Notes under the pieces: model-generated
Told to the model about the DNA's origin: nothing
Seen by the model: only the letters and a program-made list of their open reading frames with translations
The model's database searches: none
NCBI GenBank assembly: GCA_002007295.1
Contig: LNZM01000156.1
Location: forward strand, 11,730-75,729
Direction of reading: 5' to 3'
Source: Candidatus Epulonipiscioides saccharophilum
GTDB lineage: Bacteria; Bacillota; Clostridia; Lachnospirales; Cellulosilyticaceae
DNA length: 64,000 bases
Shown here: piece by piece, positions 20,592 through 29,291 of the stretch
How the letters are laid out: the number at the start of each line of letters is the position of its first letter
Position numbering within the stretch: position 1 is the stretch's first letter
Position numbers and translations under genes: made by a program

Positions 20592-20863
20592 CGCATCCTT
20601 TGTATTTAAAATTAGTTCATATGTCCAATACAAACGCTATATCCTCTGCTTCTTCTTTTAAATAACTAGGCCGGAATAACATAGGCATCGTCTGTATATA
20701 TGGCCATGTATTGATCTGCTGTGACCATTTTGGCAACTCATCACAAATTATCCTTATTTTAATCGTATTATAAAGTAATTAAAATATGAAGTCAATTTAC
20801 ATTTTTTTATTCTAAACTTATCTACATATTTAAGAGTACAAAATATTTTAAACCTTATAAGAC
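20592..20863 (-). pseudogene. Internally deleted copy of the neighbouring solute-binding protein gene and its upstream region
   Basis: 20592-20713 aligns with about 21190-21312; 20746-20863 aligns with about 22401-22519. Confidence 0.85.
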
Positions 20864-20923
20864 AAAAAAAAGACTGCACTCGAGAGTACAGTCAGTCGGA
20901 TCAAATACTAATTTATTATCTAA

Positions 20924-22375
20924 TTATTTTGCATTTAATTTATCTAGTTCGGATTGCCATAGAGGTTCTTGATTTTCTACAGATTCATTTGGTGTCATGT
21001 GACCCCATCCTATCTGGTCTACAACTAAATTCTTTTTAATATTTCCTGCAATAGATGCTGAATGATCTACTTGACCTATCCCTGGCGTTCTCAAAAGAAC
21101 CATAGTTTCGTCTACAGCACGAGAGTCTCTGTATAACGGATAAAGTGCTGTCATCCATGCTTCTTCATAATCGTATTCTGGAGCTTCGTTAGTCCAAATG
21201 TCCAATGCAAACGCTATATCCTCCGCTTCTTCTTTCGAATAACTGGCTGGAATAATATAAGCGTCGTCTGTATATATGGCCATGTATTGATCTGCTTGTG
21301 GCCCTTTTGGAAATGCTACCATTCCCCAATCATCAGTCATCTGATCTACTCCTAAAGTAGTACATTCCCATTCACTACCTAAGTACATAGCTATTTTTCC
21401 GCTATAAAATAATTGTTTATGTCCGTCCCAGTGTTCAGGAATTAGATCTAAATCAGTTTTCCAAAAATTAGATGCCCATTCAAGTGCTTCCATGCTTTCC
21501 GGGGATTTTAAATCATAAAAATAATTTCCGTTCTCATCTATATCCATGAATGTCCCACCATTTGAAAATACAGCTGCACTACCAAAATTTCCATAATGAC
21601 TGTTTATAGCATAAATATCGTTTACTCCATCGTTATCTGTGTCTTTCGTTAATAGCTCAGATAACTCTATAAATTTATCCCATGTCCACTCGCCAGATGC
21701 TTGTAAGTCATATAATAAATCCGGATCTAAACCTGCTTCTTCAAATAATCGCTTATTGAAAAATATTACACGCCCTGGTCGGCCAAATTTAGTTACTCCG
21801 TAAACGCTATCTCCAACCGTCATCGTATCGATTAATGAACTGCTCCACTTTGAATCTTCTAGGTCAATAGAATCTAATGTCGCAAGATCATATAATAGAC
21901 CACTATCTCTAGCTGCTAAAATGAAGTTAGCATGGATCCTAAAAACTTGCGCCGCTGGATCGTCTGCTAAACTAGAAGTGGATAACAATTCTAATAAAGT
22001 GCTATAAGTTCCTAAAGCTTTTTGTGCGTATGTAAAATTATGTGTATCCATCATTTCGTTACGATATTCCCATAGAGCCTCTTCTTGAGAACTTCTTTTA
22101 ACTTCTGGCTCTACCGTATCGCTCCATTCAGCCTGAATTATTTCTAATCCACCAAGATCACGGACAGGCTCCGGTTCTGGTTCTGGAACCGGTTGAGAGG
22201 TTTCTACATCCTTTTGAGCGATTTCCGTATTATTATCGGATTGAGTAGTTTCTTGTTGTTCTACATTTTCTATTTTTGTGTCTTCGACCTCGGCCGTTTC
22301 TCCACCGCAAGCTGTCAAAATACTCATGACCATTGCTGTTAAAACCAAATATTTAAATTTTTTATTCATAAACAA
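20924..22375 (-). CDS. Extracellular solute-binding lipoprotein (sugar ABC type)
   Basis: Lipobox LTAC, acidic/PE linker, IFFNKRLFEEAG, WTWDKF, WGMVAFPKGP. Confidence 0.9.
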   Translation of the reverse strand: MFMNKKFKYLVLTAMVMSILTACGGETAEVEDTKIENVEQQETTQSDNNTEIAQKDVETSQPVPEPEPEPVRDLGGLEIIQAEWSDTVEPEVKRSSQEEALWEYRNEMMDTHNFTYAQKALGTYSTLLELLSTSSLADDPAAQVFRIHANFILAARDSGLLYDLATLDSIDLEDSKWSSSLIDTMTVGDSVYGVTKFGRPGRVIFFNKRLFEEAGLDPDLLYDLQASGEWTWDKFIELSELLTKDTDNDGVNDIYAINSHYGNFGSAAVFSNGGTFMDIDENGNYFYDLKSPESMEALEWASNFWKTDLDLIPEHWDGHKQLFYSGKIAMYLGSEWECTTLGVDQMTDDWGMVAFPKGPQADQYMAIYTDDAYIIPASYSKEEAEDIAFALDIWTNEAPEYDYEEAWMTALYPLYRDSRAVDETMVLLRTPGIGQVDHSASIAGNIKKNLVVDQIGWGHMTPNESVENQEPLWQSELDKLNAK

Positions 22376-22646
22376 AATACCTCCATTAATTAATTTCTAT
22401 ATAAATTATCCTTACTTCAATCGTATTATATAATGATTAAAATATAAAGTCAATTTATATTTTTTTATTCTAAAATTATCTATATATTAAGAGTACGAGA
22501 TAATTTAAACCTTATAAGATTCAAATTATATGCTATATTTAAACCTATATGCATTGTTTATACGTCGAAATATCCCAAGTTTATAATGCATTTTTCTAAA
22601 AAATTTAAATAAGTTGATAATTTTTTTATATTTAATAACATGTCTA

Positions 22647-22675
22647 TTGAATCATTTTTCATTATGTTGTATAAT
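22647..22675 (+). promoter_or_regulatory. SigA-type promoter for the sulfatase
   Basis: TTGAAT-17 nt-TATAAT. Confidence 0.6.
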
Positions 22676-22719
22676 CATGAATAACGTAATTAAGAATAAT
22701 TTAAGGAAGGATATTGTCC

Positions 22720-24123
22720 ATGAAACAGCAAAATTATATTTTAATAATGTGTGATGATTTAGGCTACGGAGATGTTGGTTTTAATGGAAACGAAATTATA
22801 CATACGCCATATTTAGATAGGCTATCAAAAGAAGGTGCAGTATTTGAACATTTTTATTCCGGAGCACCGGTGTGTTCACCAACGAGAGGAACCTGCTTAA
22901 CCGGCCGACATCATTATCGATTCACAGTAACAACAGCCAACGCTGGATCATTACCAAAAGAAGAAATTACAATACCACAAATGTTAAAACAGCAAGGATA
23001 TACTACAGGTCATTTTGGCAAATGGCATCTAGGTACTTTATCTAAAACAATTTCGGATGGCAGACGAGGTGGCTCAAAAAATGCTACATTGTATAGTCCA
23101 CCATGGGAGCATTATATAGACGAATGTTTTTCTACAGAAGTTGCGGTTCCTTTGTACAATCCCATGGAAAATCAACATTTTACTAGTAAATATTGGTTAA
23201 GTGAAGAAAATTATGAAACCAAAAATTTAGAAGGAGATGATTCGAAAGTAATTATGGATCGTGCTATACCTTTTATAGAAAAAAATGTAGCAAATAACAA
23301 TCCCTTTTTGGCAATAATTTGGTTTCATGCACCACATGAGCCGGTTATTGCTTCGCCAGAACACCGTTCGTTATATTCGGATTATCCCGAAGTTATGCAA
23401 CATTATTTTGGATGTATCACAGCTATGGATGAACAAGTCGGAAGATTAAATTCTAAAATCAAAGCCCTTGGAATAGAAGAAAATACTTGTATATGGTTTT
23501 GTAGCGATAATGGCCCAGAAGGTGAAGGTATATCTAAAAATGGACGAGGTGCAGGTAGCACAAAAGGCCTTAGAGGACGTAAGAGAAGTCTTTTCAATGG
23601 TGGCATAAACGTTCCGGCCTGTATAAAGTGGCCAGCGTATGTTGAGCCTGGTTCTACATATTCTTTTTTGGCGAGTACTCTAGATTTTCTTCCAACTTTT
23701 TTTGCTCACAATGAAATTATAATGCCCGATAATAGACCAATAGATGGAGAAAATTTGTTGGAACATTTTCAAGGCATAACGTCCAAGCGTTTAAAACCTA
23801 TCCCATTAAGATTTGTCGGTCCGAGCAAATCACACATGGCTGGTGCACCAACATTTGGATTAATAAATGATGATTACAAAATTTTATGTAATTTCAATGA
23901 CGATCATCCTGAATCAATGATGTTTAATACTTTTACGGATAGATTAGAAGAATTCAACATAGCCGAAACTAAGCGAGATGTATTTGAAAAATATAGAGAT
24001 AATTTATGGGAAATTGCTCAAAGTTTTGAGAAAAGTCATAACGGTGCAGACTACAATATCTCGGATTATAAACCAAAATTTGATTTCATATCTAACAATT
24101 CTATATGGAACAAAATCAATTAA
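22720..24123 (+). CDS. Formylglycine-dependent sulfatase (S1)
   Basis: DDLGYGD, CSPTRG (CxPxR), LTGRH, GKWHLG, SDNG; start ATG 22720. Confidence 0.93.
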   Translation: MKQQNYILIMCDDLGYGDVGFNGNEIIHTPYLDRLSKEGAVFEHFYSGAPVCSPTRGTCLTGRHHYRFTVTTANAGSLPKEEITIPQMLKQQGYTTGHFGKWHLGTLSKTISDGRRGGSKNATLYSPPWEHYIDECFSTEVAVPLYNPMENQHFTSKYWLSEENYETKNLEGDDSKVIMDRAIPFIEKNVANNNPFLAIIWFHAPHEPVIASPEHRSLYSDYPEVMQHYFGCITAMDEQVGRLNSKIKALGIEENTCIWFCSDNGPEGEGISKNGRGAGSTKGLRGRKRSLFNGGINVPACIKWPAYVEPGSTYSFLASTLDFLPTFFAHNEIIMPDNRPIDGENLLEHFQGITSKRLKPIPLRFVGPSKSHMAGAPTFGLINDDYKILCNFNDDHPESMMFNTFTDRLEEFNIAETKRDVFEKYRDNLWEIAQSFEKSHNGADYNISDYKPKFDFISNNSIWNKIN

Positions 24124-24256
24124 AACCTCCTTTCTTGTAGGAAGCTTTTCTATATTAACTCAACTAACTTTTAGGAGGTTACGGAACAAAATCAACTAAG
24201 ACCTCCTTTTTTTAGGAGGCTTTTCTATTCAACTCAATTAAACTTTAGGAGGTTAC
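24107..24256 (+). repeat. 76-bp-period tandem duplication of the sulfatase stop, terminator and downstream RBS
   Basis: 24107-24182 versus 24183-24256; each copy has a CCTCC/T..AGGA(A/G)G hairpin and AGGAGG. Confidence 0.93.
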
Positions 24257-24260
24257 TTTT

Positions 24261-25211
24261 ATGTTAGCAAATTTTATACTTAGCCTAAATACTGTTATGC
24301 CCTTATTCATTCTTATAGCAATCGGTTATATATTACAAAGGATGCATAAACTGGATGAAAAATTTGTGAAGCAATCCAATTACATAGTTTTTAAATTAAG
24401 TTTGCCAGTAACACTTTTTAACACCATTTACAATATCAATACCCAAGAATTATTTAATCCATGGCTAATCTCGTACGCTGTTATTTCGATGATAGTTGTT
24501 GCTACTTCACTTTTTATATTTGTTCCGAAATTTATTCATGAACCTAAAACTGCGGCTTCATTCGCCCAAAGTAGTTTTAGAGGCAATTTTGTCCTATTAG
24601 GCAGTGTATTAGCTATTCAACTTTTCGGACCAGAAGGTTCTCTACCTACCATTTCATTAATTCCTATTGTTATCCCTGTCATTATGATTCTAAGTATAAT
24701 TGTTTTACGTGTTTTGAGCCAAAATCCGGAGTTAGAACCGATAAATATTAAGCAGATTATATTTGAGATTATAAGCAATCCAATTATATTGGGAATTTTT
24801 ATCGCTATAATTTTCAAAACAATTAATATTAAAATTCCCCTTATGCTTTCTATCAGCATGGATTATTTGGGTAGTTTATCTACGCCATTAGCATTGATTG
24901 CGTTAGGAGTTCAGTTACAATTTACTCATATAGCTAAATTTAAATTAGTTGCTATATGCTCCATGATAAAATTAATAGCAATTCCTTTAATTGTGCTAAT
25001 TCCTGCTTACTATCTTGGATTCAGAAACTACGAAATGGGCGCATTATTTATTCTCTTTAGCGCACCAGCCGGCATCTCGAATTACGCTTTAGCCTATAAC
25101 ATGAAATGCGATTATGAATTTACTGGCCAAATGGTTATAATTTCCACTATGTTGTCTTTGTTCACCATGATTATCGCAATTATGATATTTAAAAACCTCG
25201 AAATTTTTTAA
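24261..25211 (+). CDS. AEC family transporter
   Basis: RGNFVLLG, NPIILGI, PLALIALG, APAG; multi-TM. Confidence 0.9.
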   Translation: MLANFILSLNTVMPLFILIAIGYILQRMHKLDEKFVKQSNYIVFKLSLPVTLFNTIYNINTQELFNPWLISYAVISMIVVATSLFIFVPKFIHEPKTAASFAQSSFRGNFVLLGSVLAIQLFGPEGSLPTISLIPIVIPVIMILSIIVLRVLSQNPELEPINIKQIIFEIISNPIILGIFIAIIFKTINIKIPLMLSISMDYLGSLSTPLALIALGVQLQFTHIAKFKLVAICSMIKLIAIPLIVLIPAYYLGFRNYEMGALFILFSAPAGISNYALAYNMKCDYEFTGQMVIISTMLSLFTMIIAIMIFKNLEIF

Positions 25212-25398
25212 AATTTAAAATTCTCTCCCTATAATTGGAAATATATTTTAAAAATATGCATATAAGTAGCGATTTATTGAAATAATATAGAATACTTTCA
25301 AAAATAGGGAGTAAATTTAAAATTTAATATGGCACTACCTATCCTTTAAAATTATCAGCTTTTAACTGTTAGGCATAAAGAAATTTAGTGGAGGTTTA

Positions 25399-27114
25399 TT
25401 GTTTATGGAAATAATAATTAGTTTTTTAATGGATTTACAAGATTGGATGTTTATTACATGTATTGGCCTATTGTTTGTTGTTGCTCAAATATTGATAATC
25501 CGGCGCTATAGAAATAGCGCATTAATGCTCGGTAATTTAGCTAGCTATATAGGTATTATCGGAACTTTTGTAGGAGTATTTCAGGGTTTACAATATTTTA
25601 ATCCAATGACTGAAAATATCGCTAAGAGTTTACCCGGATTATTATCAGGTATGAAAACAGCCTTTTTAACTTCTATAGTTGGTATGATAGCTAATTTAAT
25701 CATTAAATTAATTTGCGGATTTATAAATGGTAGAAATGAGTTAAAAGCCACCATTAATCATGAAGAAGATAATTATAAATTGATGGATTTATTTGAAAAA
25801 ATGGAAAGGCATTTGGATAGACAACTAGACTTCTCTAGTGCAAATCTAAAAAATACAAACCACATGCAAGAATTAATGGAGGAGTTGCTTAAAGAACATC
25901 AAAATATAAAAGATAATATCGACCAAATATCATTAAAACCTATAACTAAAGCTATTCATGATGTAGGTGTAAATACTACTACGGCTATATCCCTTGTATT
26001 TGACGACTTTATAAAAAAACTAATGATGGACATTAACTCACATTATGACTTTGTCCAGAATGAATTAACAATATTAAATAGTAGGGTGGATCAGGTTACT
26101 GCTCATTATCCTAATGAGGCGATATCCGAATCAGTTGCGACTTTAAATGATACATTGCAAGGGTTTGTTCAAAACATATCTCAAATCAATTTAGAGTATA
26201 ACCATCCACCCCAAATTTATATAGACGATGAAAAATTAAAGTTACTCAATGATGTATTAGAAAAATTAGACTTTTCTTTTGAAAATATAAAAGGCTTAGA
26301 TGAAATGCTAGTTCGTAATAGTGATTTAATCAAAGATCTTAGCTCTAATATAACTCAAGAACTAAATAAATTATCCAATTTTGACACTAATATTGACACA
26401 ACTGTTAGCGCTTTGGAAAACTTATCAATACAAGCTAAAATTTCATTAGAAAAATTTCAAGTTTATTTAGTAGAAACAACTCACAATGTCAATCAAACCG
26501 TTTCAAATCAATCTGAATTATTGGTTTCGAACTTTTCAAATGTATTATCATCTACCAATACTTTGTCTAAAGATCTAGAAAATCAATTTTCAGATCTAGC
26601 AGAAAATAACATAAACATTATCTCAAAATCATTAGAACATATAAAAATTCATACTCTAGATATTACTTCTGAATTAGTTAGGGAAGGTATCCTAACTACC
26701 CAAACTCTTAAAGAAGCACTAGTTGAACATCAAAAACATATGGTTAATGAATTAGGTGAGGCAGTGGACGACTGGAGTGAAGAAATTTTCGAAACATTTA
26801 GTCTTCAAACAAAGCAATTAAATACGCATAACTCTAATGTAAAGCGAGTTATAGAATCTTCTAATTTAGTATTTTCTAATGTTTTAGGTCGAATGGATAT
26901 GGAACTAAAAAATTCTGTAGAAAATCTTATGATTAATCTCAATACTAGTATAAAAAATATGATTATACCAACTATCAATAAATATAACAAAAATAAAAAT
27001 TATACTGATCCTTTTAATTATCCAAGTTCAGACGAACTAACTAATTATTCTATAATGACTGAAGAGCAAACAGATTATAGGTTAGATCAAAAAAGTAAAA
27101 GTGAAAATAATTAA
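25399..27114 (+). CDS. ZorA-like MotA/TolQ/ExbB proton-channel protein with a long helical tail
   Basis: Three N-terminal TM helices with IGIIGTFVGV..GL and LLSGMKTAFLTSIVG; ~450-aa helical tail. Confidence 0.8.
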   Translation: MFMEIIISFLMDLQDWMFITCIGLLFVVAQILIIRRYRNSALMLGNLASYIGIIGTFVGVFQGLQYFNPMTENIAKSLPGLLSGMKTAFLTSIVGMIANLIIKLICGFINGRNELKATINHEEDNYKLMDLFEKMERHLDRQLDFSSANLKNTNHMQELMEELLKEHQNIKDNIDQISLKPITKAIHDVGVNTTTAISLVFDDFIKKLMMDINSHYDFVQNELTILNSRVDQVTAHYPNEAISESVATLNDTLQGFVQNISQINLEYNHPPQIYIDDEKLKLLNDVLEKLDFSFENIKGLDEMLVRNSDLIKDLSSNITQELNKLSNFDTNIDTTVSALENLSIQAKISLEKFQVYLVETTHNVNQTVSNQSELLVSNFSNVLSSTNTLSKDLENQFSDLAENNINIISKSLEHIKIHTLDITSELVREGILTTQTLKEALVEHQKHMVNELGEAVDDWSEEIFETFSLQTKQLNTHNSNVKRVIESSNLVFSNVLGRMDMELKNSVENLMINLNTSIKNMIIPTINKYNKNKNYTDPFNYPSSDELTNYSIMTEEQTDYRLDQKSKSENN

Positions 27115-27127
27115 TTAGGAGGAGATT

Positions 27128-27835
27128 ATGAATATTTTAAATTCAACTAAAAATACAATAAATGATCCTACATCTATCGACTCAGCTATTTACGATTTAA
27201 TGGCTGGTCTAATGATAGTTTTTGTTTTAATTTCGATAGGGTTTATGGTACAAGTTCAAGAAGAAACACAAAAAGTACAAGAAATAAATAATCAATACCA
27301 AGAGCAATCCGAACTAATCAATTCATACGATATAGTAAAATCGGATATAAACGACGATCTAATCAATGCTTTTGGTGATGATTTAGATTTATTAAATATG
27401 GAAATCACGCCGGAAAATACTATAAGATTCAATTCACCAGAAGTATTATTTAGTAATGGTCAATCCGAAATAAGTGATGATTTTAAATTTATTTTGGACA
27501 AGTTTTTTCCTATATATCTAGATTTAATTTACAGCAATTATAAGGATTCTATAAAAGAGATAAGAATAGAAGGTCATACATCTACAGAATGGTCACAGGA
27601 TGTTAGCCCCAATGTAGCATACTTTAATAATATGCGCTTATCTCAAGATCGGACTAGATCAGTTCTTGAATATGTAATGAATTTACCATCCTCTGAGCCT
27701 TATAGAGATTGGTTAGTTGCAAACATGACAGCTAACGGACTTTCATCTAGTCATCCTATCATAAATCCGCTTACAGGAAAAGAAGACAGCGCCAGATCTC
27801 GTCGTGTTGAATTTAAAATTGTCACTCTTATGTAA
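27128..27835 (+). CDS. ZorB-like MotB/OmpA family protein
   Basis: TM helix with Asp (IYDLMAGLM), VLFSNGQS, IEGHTSTEW, AYFNNMRLSQDRTRSV, SRRVEFKI. Confidence 0.88.
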   Translation: MNILNSTKNTINDPTSIDSAIYDLMAGLMIVFVLISIGFMVQVQEETQKVQEINNQYQEQSELINSYDIVKSDINDDLINAFGDDLDLLNMEITPENTIRFNSPEVLFSNGQSEISDDFKFILDKFFPIYLDLIYSNYKDSIKEIRIEGHTSTEWSQDVSPNVAYFNNMRLSQDRTRSVLEYVMNLPSSEPYRDWLVANMTANGLSSSHPIINPLTGKEDSARSRRVEFKIVTLM

Positions 27836-27848
27836 AAATTTAATTAAG

Positions 27849-27872
27849 TGGAGGGGTAACCCTCCATTTTTT
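27849..27872. terminator. Terminator between zorB-like gene and the convergent ADH
   Basis: TGGAGGG-GTAA-CCCTCCA followed by TTTTTT. Confidence 0.85.
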
Positions 27873-28968
27873 ATAATATACTTTTAACATATATATCAAA
27901 TATCATATTCAAATCCACTTCTTCTGGATGATTAGCCAATTTAAGTTTATTCGCAAAAGTTATCTCTACATATTTTTGCAACTGTTCTTTAGAACATTTC
28001 ACTTTATATTCTTCTAACAATGGCTCTATTATATCACCTAGTTGATCAATACTAGATACGCCTAAATATTTTAATATTTGTTTTACTCGTTCTTGATTTT
28101 CTGGTTTTTTAAAAGACTTTAAATAAGCACGGTATAATATAGCGTTGGAAGCGCCATGTGGCATATTTTCATAATACGTTAAGCTATATCCGCATGTATG
28201 GGGCAAAGATGTTCCGGTTTGAGCTATTGCTATTCCGCCATAAGTGGATGCTAACAATAATTTTTCACGTACGTCTTTACATATATCAGCATTTGTTAAT
28301 GCTTCTAGACATTTAGATAATAGTTCTAGCCCCGTTTTAACGTACATCTCACTAATAATATTGGATTTGGTATTTAAATAACTTTCTACTAAGTGGCTTA
28401 ACGCATCTAAGGCCGTATACCTAGTAATTCCAAGAGGCATGTCCATCATATATTTTACATCTAAAAATGCTATTTCCGGAAAGACTTTATGTCCATAATT
28501 AATTTTAGTACCTCGTTTATGATCCGTAAAAATAGCATACTGAGTTACTTCGCTTCCTGTGCCCGCTGTTGTTGGAATCGCTATCACTGGTATAGCATCT
28601 AATTTTGGGCCACCTATTAAATGCTGAGCATCTATTTCTGGATGCTTTATCATAATTGCAATCCCTTTTGCTGCATCCAATGGCGATCCTCCACCAATTC
28701 CTATTACAAAATCTATATCTATAGCCATCTTTTTGGCCTTTTCTAATGTTTCCAAAGAGGGATTTTCTTCTACTTCATCGAATAATTCATGTTTTATCCC
28801 TTCTTTATCTAACGCACTTGTTATATCCTTATAGGCCCCATTTTTTTTTGCCGAAGATTTTCCTGTTACAATTAAAGCCTTATTACCTTTTTTTAGCAAA
28901 GTGCTGTTTTTATTTATACATTCGTCTCCTGAAATGATTGTCGTTGGCATTTCAAATATAAATTCCAT
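27871..28968 (-). CDS. Iron-containing alcohol dehydrogenase family protein
   Basis: GIGGGSPLDAAKG, IPTTAGTGSE, DALSHLVESY, PHG; true start ATG 28968 (MEFIFEMPT) behind GGAGG. Confidence 0.93.
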   Translation of the reverse strand: MEFIFEMPTTIISGDECINKNSTLLKKGNKALIVTGKSSAKKNGAYKDITSALDKEGIKHELFDEVEENPSLETLEKAKKMAIDIDFVIGIGGGSPLDAAKGIAIMIKHPEIDAQHLIGGPKLDAIPVIAIPTTAGTGSEVTQYAIFTDHKRGTKINYGHKVFPEIAFLDVKYMMDMPLGITRYTALDALSHLVESYLNTKSNIISEMYVKTGLELLSKCLEALTNADICKDVREKLLLASTYGGIAIAQTGTSLPHTCGYSLTYYENMPHGASNAILYRAYLKSFKKPENQERVKQILKYLGVSSIDQLGDIIEPLLEEYKVKCSKEQLQKYVEITFANKLKLANHPEEVDLNMIFDIYVKSIL

Positions 28969-29097
28969 TCTATGGTTTTCCTCCAATACTTGTAGTTGGC
29001 ATTTCAAATATAAATTTCATTTTATGGATTTCCTCTAATAATTGTAGTTGACCTTTCAAATATAAATTTTATTTTATGGGTTTCCTACAATAATTTA
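28943..29097 (-). repeat. Three 52-bp tandem copies of the ADH RBS/start region
   Basis: Units start at 28943, 28995 and 29047 and decay outward. Confidence 0.92.
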
Positions 29098-29172
29098 TAT
29101 AATAATATGCCAATTATAAATCAAACTTATCTAATTATTCTAGCCTATTTAAAAATTTTTTTCAAAAAGTAC

Positions 29173-29201
29173 TTGACAGTTTTGCAATTATAGGATAAGC
29201 T
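29173..29201 (+). promoter_or_regulatory. SigA promoter for tRNA-Arg(CCU)
   Basis: TTGACA-17 nt-TAAGCT. Confidence 0.75.
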
Positions 29202-29213
29202 TTACAGACAAAT

Positions 29214-29286
29214 GCATCTGTAGCTCAGAGGATAGAGCGTCGGTTTCCTAAACCGTGCGTCGGATGTTCGAATCATCTCAGGTGCA
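29214..29286 (+). tRNA. tRNA-Arg(CCU), CCA not encoded
   Basis: Cloverleaf GCATCTG/CAGGTGC, anticodon loop TTCCTAA, TTCGAAT T-loop. Confidence 0.95.
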
Positions 29287-29291
29287 TTATT

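Noticed and set aside
25399-27835. Flagellar stator motA/motB
   Set aside because: The long helical tail, three-TM N-terminus and the GHTSTEW/AYFNNM signature do not fit flagellar stators, and there are no flagellar genes nearby.
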